64,000 nucleotides of DNA from the NCBI GenBank assembly GCA_903855135.1, contig CAINYB010000001.1, forward strand, positions 2,740 through 66,739. Direction: 5' to 3'. A program made the position numbers and the translations under genes. Below, piece by piece: positions 1 to 9,921 of this stretch; the stretch's first letter is position 1; each line of letters opens with the position of its first letter. The notes below the pieces were generated by a model. It did no database searches, was not told the DNA's origin, and was given only the letters and a program-made list of their open reading frames with translations. The DNA is from an uncultured bacterium (GTDB taxonomy: Bacteria; Patescibacteriota; Patescibacteriia; UBA1558; GWA2-36-10).

Positions 1-1045
1 TGTAGTTAAGCCAATAACTTAAAATCAACATAAAAAATAATAATAAAACCAAAGCGCTTAATTTAGCTTTGGTAGTAAAGAAAATAGAAACTGCCCCAAA
101 TAATAAAGCTAAAAAAGAATATAATAAAACTACTTGTCTTTGTGATAAGCCGAGTTTTAACAAACGAAAATGCAAATGATGCTGATTGTCCCCTTGCCAA
201 AAAGCTTGTTTATTTTTTAAGCGTCTGATAATCACCCATAAAACATCTAAAGCCGGCAAACCCATCACTAATAAAGCAGTGGCAATTTTAGCTCCAGATA
301 AAATAGATAAAACTCCCAAAGCAAAACCAATAAAAGTACTACCCGATTCTCCTAAAAAAATCTTAGCTGGATGAAAATTCCACACCAAAAAACCTAAAAT
401 AGCGCCAGCTAAACCAAGACTTAATAAAGAAGTAGTCGATCCAGACACATCCCAACTAAGGCTCACTAAAAAAATGATGAAACTAGCGACCAAACCTAAA
501 GAGCTCACTAAGCCATCAAGACCATCTAAAACTTTGGTAGTATAGGTCATACCCAAAAGCCATAAAAAAGTAATAGCGAGCATGACAAGATTTGCCAAAT
601 CACCAAAGAAATTTTCAAAGTACCAGACTCCACCTTGCCAACTAGTCAAGTATGAAACTTTGACACCATCTATCAGCATCACCACAGAGGCCAAAATTGG
701 CCCCCAAATGCTTATTTTTGCCTTTAAGGCATATTTATCGTCTAGCAATCCAAAGACCATTAAGATCAAGCCAGCCACAAAAAAAGCGATTATTTTAGCT
801 AGTGATAATTTCGCATCCAAAAGCTGGTGAGTTGCGTATAAATAAAGACTCAAAACTAAAAGCGTCAGATAAATACTAAAACCACCTAATAAAGGAATTG
901 GCTTTTTATGAATTTTACGGGCATTATCTGGTTTATCTACTATCTGATATTTTGTGGCTAAATGCAAAACTACTTTAGTCAAAATAAGAGATAAAATAAA
1001 AGTGCTGAAAAAAATCCAAACAAATTTAAAATCAAAATAACTCAT
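1..1045 (-). CDS. MraY/WecA(TagO)-family undecaprenyl-phosphate GlcNAc-1-phosphate transferase (glycosyltransferase family 4), 3' end runs off the window
   Basis: Not in the ORF track because it is open at the window edge. ATG at 1045 overlaps the ruvX stop (ATGA). Translation MSYFDFKFVWIFF...IVDKPDNARKIHKKPIPLLGG...LDGLDGL...NFHPAKIFLGESGS...DQHHLHFRL matches GT4 motifs. Confidence 0.88.
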   Translation of the reverse strand, partial: MSYFDFKFVWIFFSTFILSLILTKVVLHLATKYQIVDKPDNARKIHKKPIPLLGGFSIYLTLLVLSLYLYATHQLLDAKLSLAKIIAFFVAGLILMVFGLLDDKYALKAKISIWGPILASVVMLIDGVKVSYLTSWQGGVWYFENFFGDLANLVMLAITFLWLLGMTYTTKVLDGLDGLVSSLGLVASFIIFLVSLSWDVSGSTTSLLSLGLAGAILGFLVWNFHPAKIFLGESGSTFIGFALGVLSILSGAKIATALLVMGLPALDVLWVIIRRLKNKQAFWQGDNQHHLHFRLLKLGLSQRQVVLLYSFLALLFGAVSIFFTTKAKLSALVLLLFFMLILSYWLNY

Positions 1046-1443
1046 AAAGAGTGTTTTGCTAAATAAGTTTCTAAAATAGCAGTAGCTGAATATTTATCTA
1101 AATCTTTTTTGACGCCTTGCTTTTCATATAAAACAGAAGTCATCTGCTCATCAACAGTCACTACTTCTAAAGAAAAATGTTTTTTTAAGTCGCTAATAAA
1201 ATTTTTAGTAATCTCCAAGCGATCATTATTTTTGCCAGATAAGCTATGAGGCAAACCAACAACTATTAAAGAAATATTTTCTTGACGGATAATTTTTTCC
1301 AGCTCACTAAATAAATCAGCTGAGTTGTCTAAAATTTTATAAGGTATAGCCATGGAGCCTAATTCTGCCAAAGCTAAACCCACGCGTTTATCGCCATAAT
1401 CAATACCTAGTAAATTTTTGCGTTCAACTAAAATATCTTTTAT
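1042..1443 (-). CDS. ruvX: Holliday junction resolvase-like / pre-16S rRNA nuclease RuvX (YqgF)
   Basis: LLGIDYGDKRVGLA, IVVGLP, VDEQMTS and DKYSATAILETY motifs. The GIDYG motif lies upstream of the track start (1383), so the start must be further up (ATA 1443 or ATT 1434). Confidence 0.88.
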   Translation of the reverse strand: MKDILVERKNLLGIDYGDKRVGLALAELGSMAIPYKILDNSADLFSELEKIIRQENISLIVVGLPHSLSGKNNDRLEITKNFISDLKKHFSLEVVTVDEQMTSVLYEKQGVKKDLDKYSATAILETYLAKHSL

Positions 1444-2201
1444 TTATTAATTTTATTATCAGTTAAAATCTCATGACCGGTTTCCGTCACCACGACTGTG
1501 TGCTCAAAATGAGCCGTTAAGCTCTGATCTCTGGCTTGTACATCCCAATTATTTTTAGCTATCATCACCGCAAAATCACCGCCCAAAGTAATCATCGGCT
1601 CAATCGCTAGCACTAAACCCGGAAACATCTGCTCTAAACGCTTACCAGAATTATAATTAGGAATATATGGATCTTCATGCACTGCACGGCCTACACCATG
1701 GCCAGTCAAGTCTCTCACTATACCAAAACCATATGGTTTCACATATTTTTCAATAGCTTTACCGATATCACTGATATAGCCACCGGGTTTGACAGCTAAA
1801 ATACCAATTTGTAAGGCTTGCTGACAAACACTCAATAGCTCCTCAGCTTGCTCGCCAATATCGCCAACACCGACGGTGACAGCAGTATCAGTATAAAAAC
1901 CTTTATATTCCATACCTATATCTATCCCCACTAAATCACCTGTTTGGAAAGGAACTTTATTGGGGATGCCATGAACAACTGTCTGATTAACAGACACACA
2001 TAAAGCATTGGGGAAACCATGGTAATGTTTAAAAGCTGGCCTGCCACCGGCTTCTTTGATCAATTTTTCAGCTTTTGCATCTAGCTCTAAGCCTGTCATG
2101 CCCGCTTTAGTAGCATTTGCTAAAGCATCTCTAATTTGGCCTAAAATTAAGCCTCCTTCACGTAAAATAGCTATTTCGGCTGGAGTTTTTTTATCTAACA
2201 T
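1440..2201 (-). CDS. map: Methionine aminopeptidase type I
   Basis: VHGIP, DIG, DTA, GHGVG..HEDP, AIEPM and AHFEHT metal-binding motifs; secY-adk-map order. Confidence 0.97.
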   Translation of the reverse strand: MLDKKTPAEIAILREGGLILGQIRDALANATKAGMTGLELDAKAEKLIKEAGGRPAFKHYHGFPNALCVSVNQTVVHGIPNKVPFQTGDLVGIDIGMEYKGFYTDTAVTVGVGDIGEQAEELLSVCQQALQIGILAVKPGGYISDIGKAIEKYVKPYGFGIVRDLTGHGVGRAVHEDPYIPNYNSGKRLEQMFPGLVLAIEPMITLGGDFAVMIAKNNWDVQARDQSLTAHFEHTVVVTETGHEILTDNKINK

Positions 2202-2847
2202 GAGCTTTTAAATAATTTAAAATGTCATCACTGACCAATTCAATCGATTCTGAACCATTAAACACTACTAATTTTTTTTGTTGGTGGTAATAATCCAAAA
2301 GTTTGGAAGTTTCATTACGATAAATCTTTAATCTTTTTAAAACAGTTTCCGGAGTATCGTCCGCTCTTTGCTCTAATTTTAGCTGACAAGTATCACAAAT
2401 ACCTTCTGTTTTAGGTAATTTATACAATAAATGAAAAATGTGTCCATTGGGACAAACTCGACGATTTGATAAACGGTCTACCGCCTCTTCATCTGAAATT
2501 TCAATATTAAAAACTTTATCAATTTTTATTTTAGTTTTTTCATCCAAATATTTAGCCTGAGTCACACTACGCGGAAAACCATCTAAAATAAAACCGTTTT
2601 TATACTCTTCTTTGTTTAAATTTTGCACCATCAAATCGATCATCCATTGATCAGGGATTAAGCCGCCAGTATTTACTATTTCGGCAATTTTTAAACCAAA
2701 CTCACTTTTACTTTTTATTTCTTGGCGTAAAACACCGCCAGCTAATAAAATATTGATGTCTAAAAATTGTTCTATTCTCTCTGCCTGGGTAGTTTTACCA
2801 GCACCTTGGGGACCTAATAAAATAATACGTTTTATCTTGTGTTCCAT
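2191..2847 (-). CDS. adk: Adenylate kinase
   Basis: GPQGAGKTTQA P-loop, LDGFPR, LID with C..H/C..C and QRADD. Confidence 0.96.
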   Translation of the reverse strand: MEHKIKRIILLGPQGAGKTTQAERIEQFLDINILLAGGVLRQEIKSKSEFGLKIAEIVNTGGLIPDQWMIDLMVQNLNKEEYKNGFILDGFPRSVTQAKYLDEKTKIKIDKVFNIEISDEEAVDRLSNRRVCPNGHIFHLLYKLPKTEGICDTCQLKLEQRADDTPETVLKRLKIYRNETSKLLDYYHQQKKLVVFNGSESIELVSDDILNYLKAHVR

Positions 2848-2877
2848 AAATTAATATTTCTATATTAAGCTATTTTT

Positions 2878-2897
2878 CATCCCCGCATACGCGGGGA
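2878..2897. repeat. Short REP-like palindrome (ccccgcatacgcgggg family)
   Basis: catccccgcatacgcgggga; related copies at about 22018, 22091 and 24022. Confidence 0.65.
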
Positions 2898-2980
2898 GAA
2901 GCAAAAAAATAATTTAAATAGCTGAGTAGATTATAACAAACTATTAGCTTTTACTCAAACAAAAATAGCCCTTTAAAAAA

Positions 2981-3055
2981 TACCCCCTCTGCCACTTCCG
3001 CCGAAGGCGGAAGCTGTCTTCTCCCCCTAAATTAGGGGGAGACCGAGAGGGGGTA
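2981..3055. repeat. Composite palindromic repeat (MITE/REP-like), taccccctct...ctccccctaaattagggggag...agagggggta
   Basis: Terminal inverted repeats plus an internal perfect hairpin; a near-identical copy in opposite orientation lies at 36457-36536. Confidence 0.8.
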
Positions 3056-3081
3056 CTTTAAAAAGAGTAATTATAAAAATT

Positions 3082-4359
3082 TTAAAAACCTTCGTAGTCA
3101 CGCATCACTAATTGAGCGTCAATTTGTTTAACAGTTTCGATCACCACCGCCACGACGATCAAGATAGAAGTGCCACCTAAAGAAATAGTCTGAATGCCAG
3201 TCAATGGTCCAATAATGATCGGTAAAACAGCTACTAGACCTAAAAACAAAGCCCCAGCAGAAATAATACGCACCATGACTTTATTTAAATACTCGGCTGT
3301 GTGTGTACCTGGTCTAATACCTGGAATAAAACCACCTTGTTTTTGTAAATTTTCTGCAATTTGTTGAGGATGAAAAATAATAGAAGTATAAAAATAGGTA
3401 AAGCCAACTACGGCTGCAAAATAGATAATACCGTAAAATAATTGATTCTTAAAGACAGTGATAATCCATTGAGAAAAATGTACTAACCAACTAGCATCAG
3501 AATTTAAGAAAAACTGAGCAATGGTTGGTGGCACAATGACAATGGAAATAGCAAAGATAATAGGAATAACACCAGCTTGATTGACACGCAAAGGTAAATG
3601 AGTGCTGACGCCACCAGCATTTCTTTGACCCACCATATGACGAGCGTAAGACACAGGAATATTACGTTGACCCTCAGTGATAATGACGATGGTGACGATA
3701 GTCACTAAGGCAATCAAAGTAAAGATGACAAAATTTAAAATCTGTGAGCTATCAAAAGCAATCAAAGTATTACCAAATGATTGTGGTAAGCTGGCTACGA
3801 TACCAGCAAAAATGATCAAAGAAATACCATTGCCGATTTTTTTCTCAGTGATTAACTCACCTAACCACATCAAAAACATACTACCAGCCACAATCATCAA
3901 TAAAGCTAAAAATACCTCAGCACTGGACATGGAGCCTAGCAAAGCACCATTAGTTTTTTGAGACAAGAGCTTGATAAAACCATAGCCCTGGATAAAAGCC
4001 AAAGGTACTGTCAATAATCTAGTATATTGGTTTAATTTTTGTTGACCATACTCGCCTTCTTTTTGCAAAGCTTCAAGCTTTGGCACGATCATAGCCAATA
4101 ATTGGAAAATAATCGAAGCCGTGATATAAGGACTGACACCTAACATCACTACAGAAAAATTCTGTAAACCACCACCAGAAAATAAATTTACCAGACCCAA
4201 AACATCATTAGCACCAAATAAACTCTTGAGGCTACTAGTGTCAACGCCAGGGATAGGGATATGAGCAGCAATTCTAAATACAATCAATAAGGCCAAAACA
4301 TAAAAGATGTTGTTACGGATCTCTTTAGCTTTCCAAATTTGTTGTAATTTTTTTAACAT
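3082..4359 (-). CDS. secY: Preprotein translocase subunit SecY
   Basis: HIPIPG, LGVSPYITASII, IGNGISLIIFAGI and GGFIPGIRPG motifs; multiple TM segments. Confidence 0.98.
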   Translation of the reverse strand: MLKKLQQIWKAKEIRNNIFYVLALLIVFRIAAHIPIPGVDTSSLKSLFGANDVLGLVNLFSGGGLQNFSVVMLGVSPYITASIIFQLLAMIVPKLEALQKEGEYGQQKLNQYTRLLTVPLAFIQGYGFIKLLSQKTNGALLGSMSSAEVFLALLMIVAGSMFLMWLGELITEKKIGNGISLIIFAGIVASLPQSFGNTLIAFDSSQILNFVIFTLIALVTIVTIVIITEGQRNIPVSYARHMVGQRNAGGVSTHLPLRVNQAGVIPIIFAISIVIVPPTIAQFFLNSDASWLVHFSQWIITVFKNQLFYGIIYFAAVVGFTYFYTSIIFHPQQIAENLQKQGGFIPGIRPGTHTAEYLNKVMVRIISAGALFLGLVAVLPIIIGPLTGIQTISLGGTSILIVVAVVIETVKQIDAQLVMRDYEGF

Positions 4360-4388
4360 TTTATTTATATCGCCCGGTGGGCGAATTG

Positions 4389-4865
4389 TTATTTTTTCTC
4401 AATTTTTTCCACTGGTCTTAAGGCAATGACAATAACTTTACCACCAGCAGTTTCAATCGCTTTTTTAGCACTTTCAGAAAAAGCATGCGCTTCTACGGTC
4501 AATTTTTTGGTCAAAGAACCAGCAGATAAGATCTTTACGCCATTATCCAAAGATTGCACTAAACCTTTTTTAATCAAGGTGCGCAAATTTACTAATTGAC
4601 CATCATTAAATTGGCTTTGTAGGTCTTTCAAATTGACGATAGCCATTTTAGCAGTCAAAGATCTAAAACCACGGGTTTTTGGAATACCCAATAAATAGCT
4701 TTTCATGCTACGAGCAGTCAAACCTGATTTACCACCAGAACGAGCTTTTTGACCTTTTAAACCACGAGTGGAATAAGTACCGCGTCCAGAAGCGTTACCA
4801 CGACCAACTCTTTTCTTGGCTTTATTAACACCTGGCTTTGTTTGAAGATTGTGCAAAGACAACAT
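4389..4865 (-). CDS. rplO: 50S ribosomal protein uL15
   Basis: KKRVGRGNASGRG...GQKARSG; operon position. Confidence 0.97.
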   Translation of the reverse strand: MLSLHNLQTKPGVNKAKKRVGRGNASGRGTYSTRGLKGQKARSGGKSGLTARSMKSYLLGIPKTRGFRSLTAKMAIVNLKDLQSQFNDGQLVNLRTLIKKGLVQSLDNGVKILSAGSLTKKLTVEAHAFSESAKKAIETAGGKVIVIALRPVEKIEKK

Positions 4866-4876
4866 ATATTTTTAAT

Positions 4877-5467
4877 TTAAGCTTTTTCTTGATTATTTGC
4901 ATTTTCCGCCACTACTCTAGCTGGTTTAGCATTAGTGTGCTTGATTTTAAAACCAGTCAAAGCATTGATAGTAGCGCGAACATTATTTACTTTATTATTT
5001 GAACCTAAGATTTTACCAACAGCATCTTTGACACCGGCTAAATCTAAGATAATTCTAACCGCACCACCAGCTTTGATACCGCTACCTTTTTTGGCAGGTT
5101 TAAGCATTAAGTGAGCAGCCTTGAACTTCATGTTAATTTTGTGTGGTAAAGTACCATCAACAATTGGCACATGAACAATGTTTTTCTTGGCTTGGCGCAC
5201 TGCTTTAGTGATAGAATCAGATACATCAGCACCTTTGGCTAGACCCATACCCACTCTACCTTTACCATCACCAATCACCATACAAGCTCGGAATTTCATA
5301 CGTTTACCACCAGCCATAACACGAGTAACACGAGCCAAATCAATCATGCGTTGTTGGAATTCTTCTTTTTCCTTTTCTGGTCTTGGAGATCGGCCTCGGT
5401 TATTCATCCTACCTTTAAATGGAGGTCTATCTTGTTTTTTTTCTTGTTTGATATTTTCTTCTGCCAT
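4877..5467 (-). CDS. rpsE: 30S ribosomal protein uS5
   Basis: RVTRVMAGGKRMKFRA, GIKAGGAVR. Confidence 0.97.
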   Translation of the reverse strand: MAEENIKQEKKQDRPPFKGRMNNRGRSPRPEKEKEEFQQRMIDLARVTRVMAGGKRMKFRACMVIGDGKGRVGMGLAKGADVSDSITKAVRQAKKNIVHVPIVDGTLPHKINMKFKAAHLMLKPAKKGSGIKAGGAVRIILDLAGVKDAVGKILGSNNKVNNVRATINALTGFKIKHTNAKPARVVAENANNQEKA

Positions 5468-5475
5468 AATATTAA

Positions 5476-5832
5476 CTAAAATTTAATACCGCCTTTTCTA
5501 ATGCCGTCAGCCAAAGCTTGGACACGACCATGATATTTATAAGCACCTTTATCAAAAACAGCTTCTTTGATGTTTTTCTCGGCTAATTTCTTACCCATCA
5601 ACTCACCTACTTGGGCGGCAATTTCTGATTTTTTACCTTTAACTTTGATTTCTTTATCAGAAGCAGTTGCTAAAGTAGTAGCTTTGACATCATCAATGGC
5701 TTGGACGTAAATATGTAATAAACTACGAAAAACAGACAAACGAGGTTTTAAGCTTGTGCCTTCCATCTTAGCTCTGGTGCGAATACGACGACGTAAAATT
5801 TTCGCACTTTTGATTTTATTTGCATCTTTCAT
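5476..5832 (-). CDS. rplR: 50S ribosomal protein uL18
   Basis: PRLSVFRS, FDKGAYKYHGRVQALAD. Confidence 0.97.
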   Translation of the reverse strand: MKDANKIKSAKILRRRIRTRAKMEGTSLKPRLSVFRSLLHIYVQAIDDVKATTLATASDKEIKVKGKKSEIAAQVGELMGKKLAEKNIKEAVFDKGAYKYHGRVQALADGIRKGGIKF

Positions 5833-5837
5833 AATTT

Positions 5838-6389
5838 TTATGATTTAACGACTTTACCAGCCTTACGTCTAATAACTTCGTCACTATATTTAATACCTTT
5901 GCCTTTGTAAGGTTCTGGTTTTTTAATCTTTCTAATTTCAGCGGCAGTTTGACCAACCATTTGTTTATCGATACCGGAAATTTTGATCACATTTTTTTCG
6001 GTTTCAATATTGATGCCTGGACGGCTAGGATATTCGACTGGATGAGAAAAACCAACATTTAAAGTAAGTTTATTATTTTGAGCATTAGCTTTAAAACCAA
6101 CACCGTTGATCTCTAAACTCTTGCTAAAACCTTCGGTGACACCAATAACAGCATTGTTCACTAAATTTCTAGCTAAACCCCAAAAAGCACGGGTTTTGTT
6201 ATCAGTAATATCAGCGATACTTAAAAGCAATTGATCATCTACTTGTTCAATTTTTACACCCTGAGGTAAAACTACATCTAAAGTTCCTTTTGGCCCTTTG
6301 ACGTTCACATTCACCTTAGTGTCCAAAACATCAAACTTGATGTCCACACCTTTAGGAATAATAATTGGTTTTTTTCCGATTCTTGACAT
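5838..6389 (-). CDS. rplF: 50S ribosomal protein uL6
   Basis: MSRIGKKPI, PEPYKGKGIKY. Confidence 0.98.
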   Translation of the reverse strand: MSRIGKKPIIIPKGVDIKFDVLDTKVNVNVKGPKGTLDVVLPQGVKIEQVDDQLLLSIADITDNKTRAFWGLARNLVNNAVIGVTEGFSKSLEINGVGFKANAQNNKLTLNVGFSHPVEYPSRPGINIETEKNVIKISGIDKQMVGQTAAEIRKIKKPEPYKGKGIKYSDEVIRRKAGKVVKS

Positions 6390-6418
6390 ATATTTACTTA
6401 TTTACTTTAGGTGTTATT

Positions 6419-6808
6419 TTACCAAATTTCGCACATTAATTCGCCACCAACTTTATCTTGTCTGGCCTGTTGGCTAGACATAATACCTTTGGAAGTAGAA
6501 ACAATAGCCAAACCAAAGCCATTCAAAACTCTAGGCACATTTTCTTTATTGACATAAATCTTTTGACCTGGTTTAGAAATTCTTTTTAAATGATTCAAAG
6601 CAGGACGACCATTTTCATATTTTAATTCTACTCGAATAAAAGGACGAGCAGTGACTTCAATTTTTTCTGCTTTTTTAATATAATGTTCAGCCTCTAACAA
6701 TTTGGCAATACTAAACTTTACCTTAGAAAAAGGTAAAACTACCTCTGACTTTTTTACAGCCACGGCATTGCGTAGTCTTGTTAACATATCGGCGATAGGA
6801 TCTGTCAT
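6419..6808 (-). CDS. rpsH: 30S ribosomal protein uS8
   Basis: MTDPIADMLTRLRNA, STSKGIM, GGELMC. Confidence 0.98.
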   Translation of the reverse strand: MTDPIADMLTRLRNAVAVKKSEVVLPFSKVKFSIAKLLEAEHYIKKAEKIEVTARPFIRVELKYENGRPALNHLKRISKPGQKIYVNKENVPRVLNGFGLAIVSTSKGIMSSQQARQDKVGGELMCEIW

Positions 6809-6838
6809 AATATTTTTGAATTTATTAAAAAATAATTT

Positions 6839-7033
6839 TTACCAACTTGATTTTGTTACTCCTGGGATTTCTCCCTTGCTCGCTAACTCTCTAAAACAAA
6901 TACGGCATAAATGAAACTGCCTCATATAAGCGTGTTTTTTACCACAACGCCAACAACGACGGACAATTCTCGTGGAAAACTTTGGGTTTTCCATAGATCT
7001 CTTTGATTTTGCAATTTGTGCTTGTGTTGCCAT
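6839..7033 (-). CDS. rpsZ: 30S ribosomal protein uS14, short zinc-binding (type Z) form
   Basis: RCWRCG...[21 protein letters not shown]. Confidence 0.96.
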   Translation of the reverse strand: MATQAQIAKSKRSMENPKFSTRIVRRCWRCGKKHAYMRQFHLCRICFRELASKGEIPGVTKSSW

Positions 7034-7038
7034 ATCTA

Positions 7039-7590
7039 TTATTTCTTATTTTTCTTAAAGGGAAAGCCAAGTGAGCTTAATAAAGCAAAGGCTTGTTTTT
7101 CATCATGAGCGGAAGTTGCAACTGTAAGCTCTAAAGGATGAATTTTATCTAAATCTTCCATACCAATTTCTGGAAAAACAATGTGTTCTTTGAAACCAAT
7201 GGTGAAGTTACCATTCTCATCAAAACCTTTATGATTTTCTAAGCCATGAAAATCACGTAAACGAGGAAAAGTGACATTGATTAATTTTTCTAAAAAATCA
7301 TACATTTTTTCACCACGTAAAGTGACTTTAGCACCTACTACCATACCTTGTCTGATCTTAAAATTAGAGATAGACTTTTTGGCTTTGGTTAAAACTGGTT
7401 TTTGGCCACTAATACGCTCCAAAATACTTTGTACTATTTCTACCCATTGTTTGTTGCTCAAAGATCTACCTAAACCAACATTAATCACAACCTTTTGCAC
7501 TTTAGGCACGGACATGATGTTTTTTAAACTCAAATCTTTTTGTAATTGAGGTCTTAAAACTTTTTGATATTTTTCTGCTAATTGATTCAT
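7039..7590 (-). CDS. rplE: 50S ribosomal protein uL5
   Basis: [20 protein letters not shown]. Confidence 0.98.
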   Translation of the reverse strand: MNQLAEKYQKVLRPQLQKDLSLKNIMSVPKVQKVVINVGLGRSLSNKQWVEIVQSILERISGQKPVLTKAKKSISNFKIRQGMVVGAKVTLRGEKMYDFLEKLINVTFPRLRDFHGLENHKGFDENGNFTIGFKEHIVFPEIGMEDLDKIHPLELTVATSAHDEKQAFALLSSLGFPFKKNKK

Positions 7591-7599
7591 AAATTTTTT

Positions 7600-7920
7600 T
7601 TAATCAATCACTTCATTAGCTTTTTTACTAAGACGTGATTTACTCTTATCACCATTGACTTTCATTCCCACTCTAGTGGCTTTATTAGTTTTTGGGCATA
7701 AAAGCATGACGTTGCTCAAGTGAAGTGGGCCATTAAACTCTACTCTTTGACCTTTTTCGCCTTTGCGACGACTCTTAATATGTTTATACATAATGTTGAC
7801 ACCCTCAACTACTACCTTATCTAAATCAGGTAGAATTTGAGTGATCTTGCCGGTTTTACCTTTACTTTTGCCAGCAATCACTATGACTTGATCATTTACT
7901 TTTAATTTAGTTTTTTTCAT
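7600..7920 (-). CDS. rplX: 50S ribosomal protein uL24
   Basis: KOW motif DQVIVIAGKSKGKTGKI, VVVEGVN, LHLSNV. Confidence 0.97.
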   Translation of the reverse strand: MKKTKLKVNDQVIVIAGKSKGKTGKITQILPDLDKVVVEGVNIMYKHIKSRRKGEKGQRVEFNGPLHLSNVMLLCPKTNKATRVGMKVNGDKSKSRLSKKANEVID

Positions 7921-7921
7921 A

Positions 7922-8293
7922 CTACAATACCTCCGGTGCTAAAGAAATAATTTTATTAAAGCCTTTAACTCTTAATTCACGAGCCACTGGCCCAAAAATA
8001 CGAGTTCCTTTTGGTTCTTTATTTTTTTTATCAATAATCACCACAGCGTTTTCACCAAAACGAATGTAAGTGCCATTTTTACGACGAGTTTCTTTACGTT
8101 GACGGACAATAACAGCGTGAACAACTTGGCTCTTTTTCACTTGAGCATAAGGTTGAGCTGATTTGACAGCTACGGTAATGATGTCGCCTAAACGGGCATA
8201 ACGCTTTTTGTAGCCACCAGAAACATGGATGCATTGCACTAGCTTTGCACCGGAATTATCGGCAACTTTTAGCATTGATCTGTGTTGAATCAT
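7922..8293 (-). CDS. rplN: 50S ribosomal protein uL14
   Basis: [27 protein letters not shown]. Confidence 0.98.
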   Translation of the reverse strand: MIQHRSMLKVADNSGAKLVQCIHVSGGYKKRYARLGDIITVAVKSAQPYAQVKKSQVVHAVIVRQRKETRRKNGTYIRFGENAVVIIDKKNKEPKGTRIFGPVARELRVKGFNKIISLAPEVL

Positions 8294-8319
8294 ATATTTT
8301 TACTTGACTTGTTTATGCT

Positions 8320-8562
8320 TTATTTAGTGGCTACTCTCCATTTTTTATCTTTGGATAGCGGACGGCAGGCAACAATGCTCACTTTATCACCAATTTTACA
8401 AGTATTATTTTCATCATGAGCCTTGTAATTAGTGCTAACTTGATATTGTTTCTTATATTTTGGATGAGTCTTGATTTTGATCACTTTGACTACTACGGTC
8501 TTGTTCATTTTGTCGCTGACGACCACGCCATCCATTTTTCTAATAATTACTTCTTTTGTCAT
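8320..8562 (-). CDS. rpsQ: 30S ribosomal protein uS17
   Basis: [33 protein letters not shown]. Confidence 0.97.
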   Translation of the reverse strand: MTKEVIIRKMDGVVVSDKMNKTVVVKVIKIKTHPKYKKQYQVSTNYKAHDENNTCKIGDKVSIVACRPLSKDKKWRVATK

Positions 8563-8568
8563 AATATT

Positions 8569-8763
8569 TTATTTCTTAAGATTTACACTTTTCAGCACCG
8601 TCAAAATACGAGCAATATCATGTTTGTTTTTACGTAAATCTCTAACATGATTTAACTGATTATTAGCAATACTAAAACGTAGCTCGCGATTTTTATTTCG
8701 CAATTCTGCTAATTTTTCATGCAAATCATTGATGCTTAATTGTTTTAATTCTTGAATTTTCAT
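8569..8763 (-). CDS. rpmC: 50S ribosomal protein uL29
   Basis: LRF...QL...RDLRKNKHDIARILT; operon position. Confidence 0.95.
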   Translation of the reverse strand: MKIQELKQLSINDLHEKLAELRNKNRELRFSIANNQLNHVRDLRKNKHDIARILTVLKSVNLKK

Positions 8764-8768
8764 AAAGC

Positions 8769-9185
8769 TTATCTTAAATCTTTGGTGACAAAACGAGTTT
8801 TGACTGGTAACTTATAAGCGGCTAATTGTAAAGCTTTTTTACAAGTAGCTTCGTCTGGACCGATCATTTCAAACATCACATTACCTGGCTTGACTACGGC
8901 GACATAGTGATCAACCGCACCCTTACCTTTACCCATCGGCATTTCATTACCTTTGGCAGTAATTGGTTTATCTGGAAAAATACGAATAAATACTTCGGCG
9001 CCACGTTGGACATGACCAGTGATAGCACGACGAGCTGATTCGATTTGGCGGGAAGTGATCCAGCCAGCTTCTAAGCTTTTCAAACCATACTCACCAAAGC
9101 TAACTTTGGTCATACGGGTGGCCTTACCTTTGATTTGGTCGCCTCTTTGCCACTTTCTATGTTTTAATTTCTTTGGAGCTAACAT
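8769..9185 (-). CDS. rplP: 50S ribosomal protein uL16
   Basis: MLAPKKLKHRK, IRIFPDKP, MGKGKG. Confidence 0.98.
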   Translation of the reverse strand: MLAPKKLKHRKWQRGDQIKGKATRMTKVSFGEYGLKSLEAGWITSRQIESARRAITGHVQRGAEVFIRIFPDKPITAKGNEMPMGKGKGAVDHYVAVVKPGNVMFEMIGPDEATCKKALQLAAYKLPVKTRFVTKDLR

Positions 9186-9187
9186 AT

Positions 9188-9919
9188 TTATTTCTTATTA
9201 TCTACTACTTGAATATTTGCTTTATCTTTGGAAAATAATTTAAAAGTTTTGACTGGTTCTACTATCTCTTCTTTTTTAGTCTTTTTGGCAAATAATTCAC
9301 CACGATAGATCCAGACTTTAATGCCGATAACACCATAAGTAGTTGAAGCTACACCACGGCTGTAATTTACATCTGCTCTCAAAGTGCTGACCGGAATAGT
9401 ACCTTGAACCAATTTTTCACGACGAGCGATATCGACACCGTTTAAACGTCCAGAAACAATAATCTTCACACCTTTGGCACCAGCGTGCATCACTTTTTCA
9501 ATGTTTTGTTTCAAAACTCTACGAAAAGGAATACGACGTTCTAAATCTTCGGCTACAGCTTGGACAATGACAGCAGCTGATAAGCTTGGGTTATTGATTT
9601 CCGTGACATTTAACTGCAATTTCATATTGCGTTCTAAAAATTTACGGGCAATCAATTTTTTCAAATCTTCAATGCCAGCTCCACCACGACCAATAATCAA
9701 ACCTGGTTTAGCAGATTGAATATTAATAGTGATTTCACCACGGTTACGTTCAATTTCGATCTTATCAATACCAGATTCTTTCAATTTCTTTTTCAAGAAT
9801 CGGCGGATAGTCACATCTTGTTGCAAAAATTGAGCATAATCTTTACCAGAATACCAGCGAGATAGCCAATTTTCACTCAAACCAAGGCGGAATAATTTTG
9901 GATTTATTTTACGTCCCAT
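9188..9919 (-). CDS. rpsC: 30S ribosomal protein uS3
   Basis: MGRKINP..FRLG, PGLIIGRGG, GRLNG, TLRAD, YGVIGIKVWIY. Confidence 0.98.
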   Translation of the reverse strand: MGRKINPKLFRLGLSENWLSRWYSGKDYAQFLQQDVTIRRFLKKKLKESGIDKIEIERNRGEITINIQSAKPGLIIGRGGAGIEDLKKLIARKFLERNMKLQLNVTEINNPSLSAAVIVQAVAEDLERRIPFRRVLKQNIEKVMHAGAKGVKIIVSGRLNGVDIARREKLVQGTIPVSTLRADVNYSRGVASTTYGVIGIKVWIYRGELFAKKTKKEEIVEPVKTFKLFSKDKANIQVVDNKK

Positions 9920-9921
9920 AA

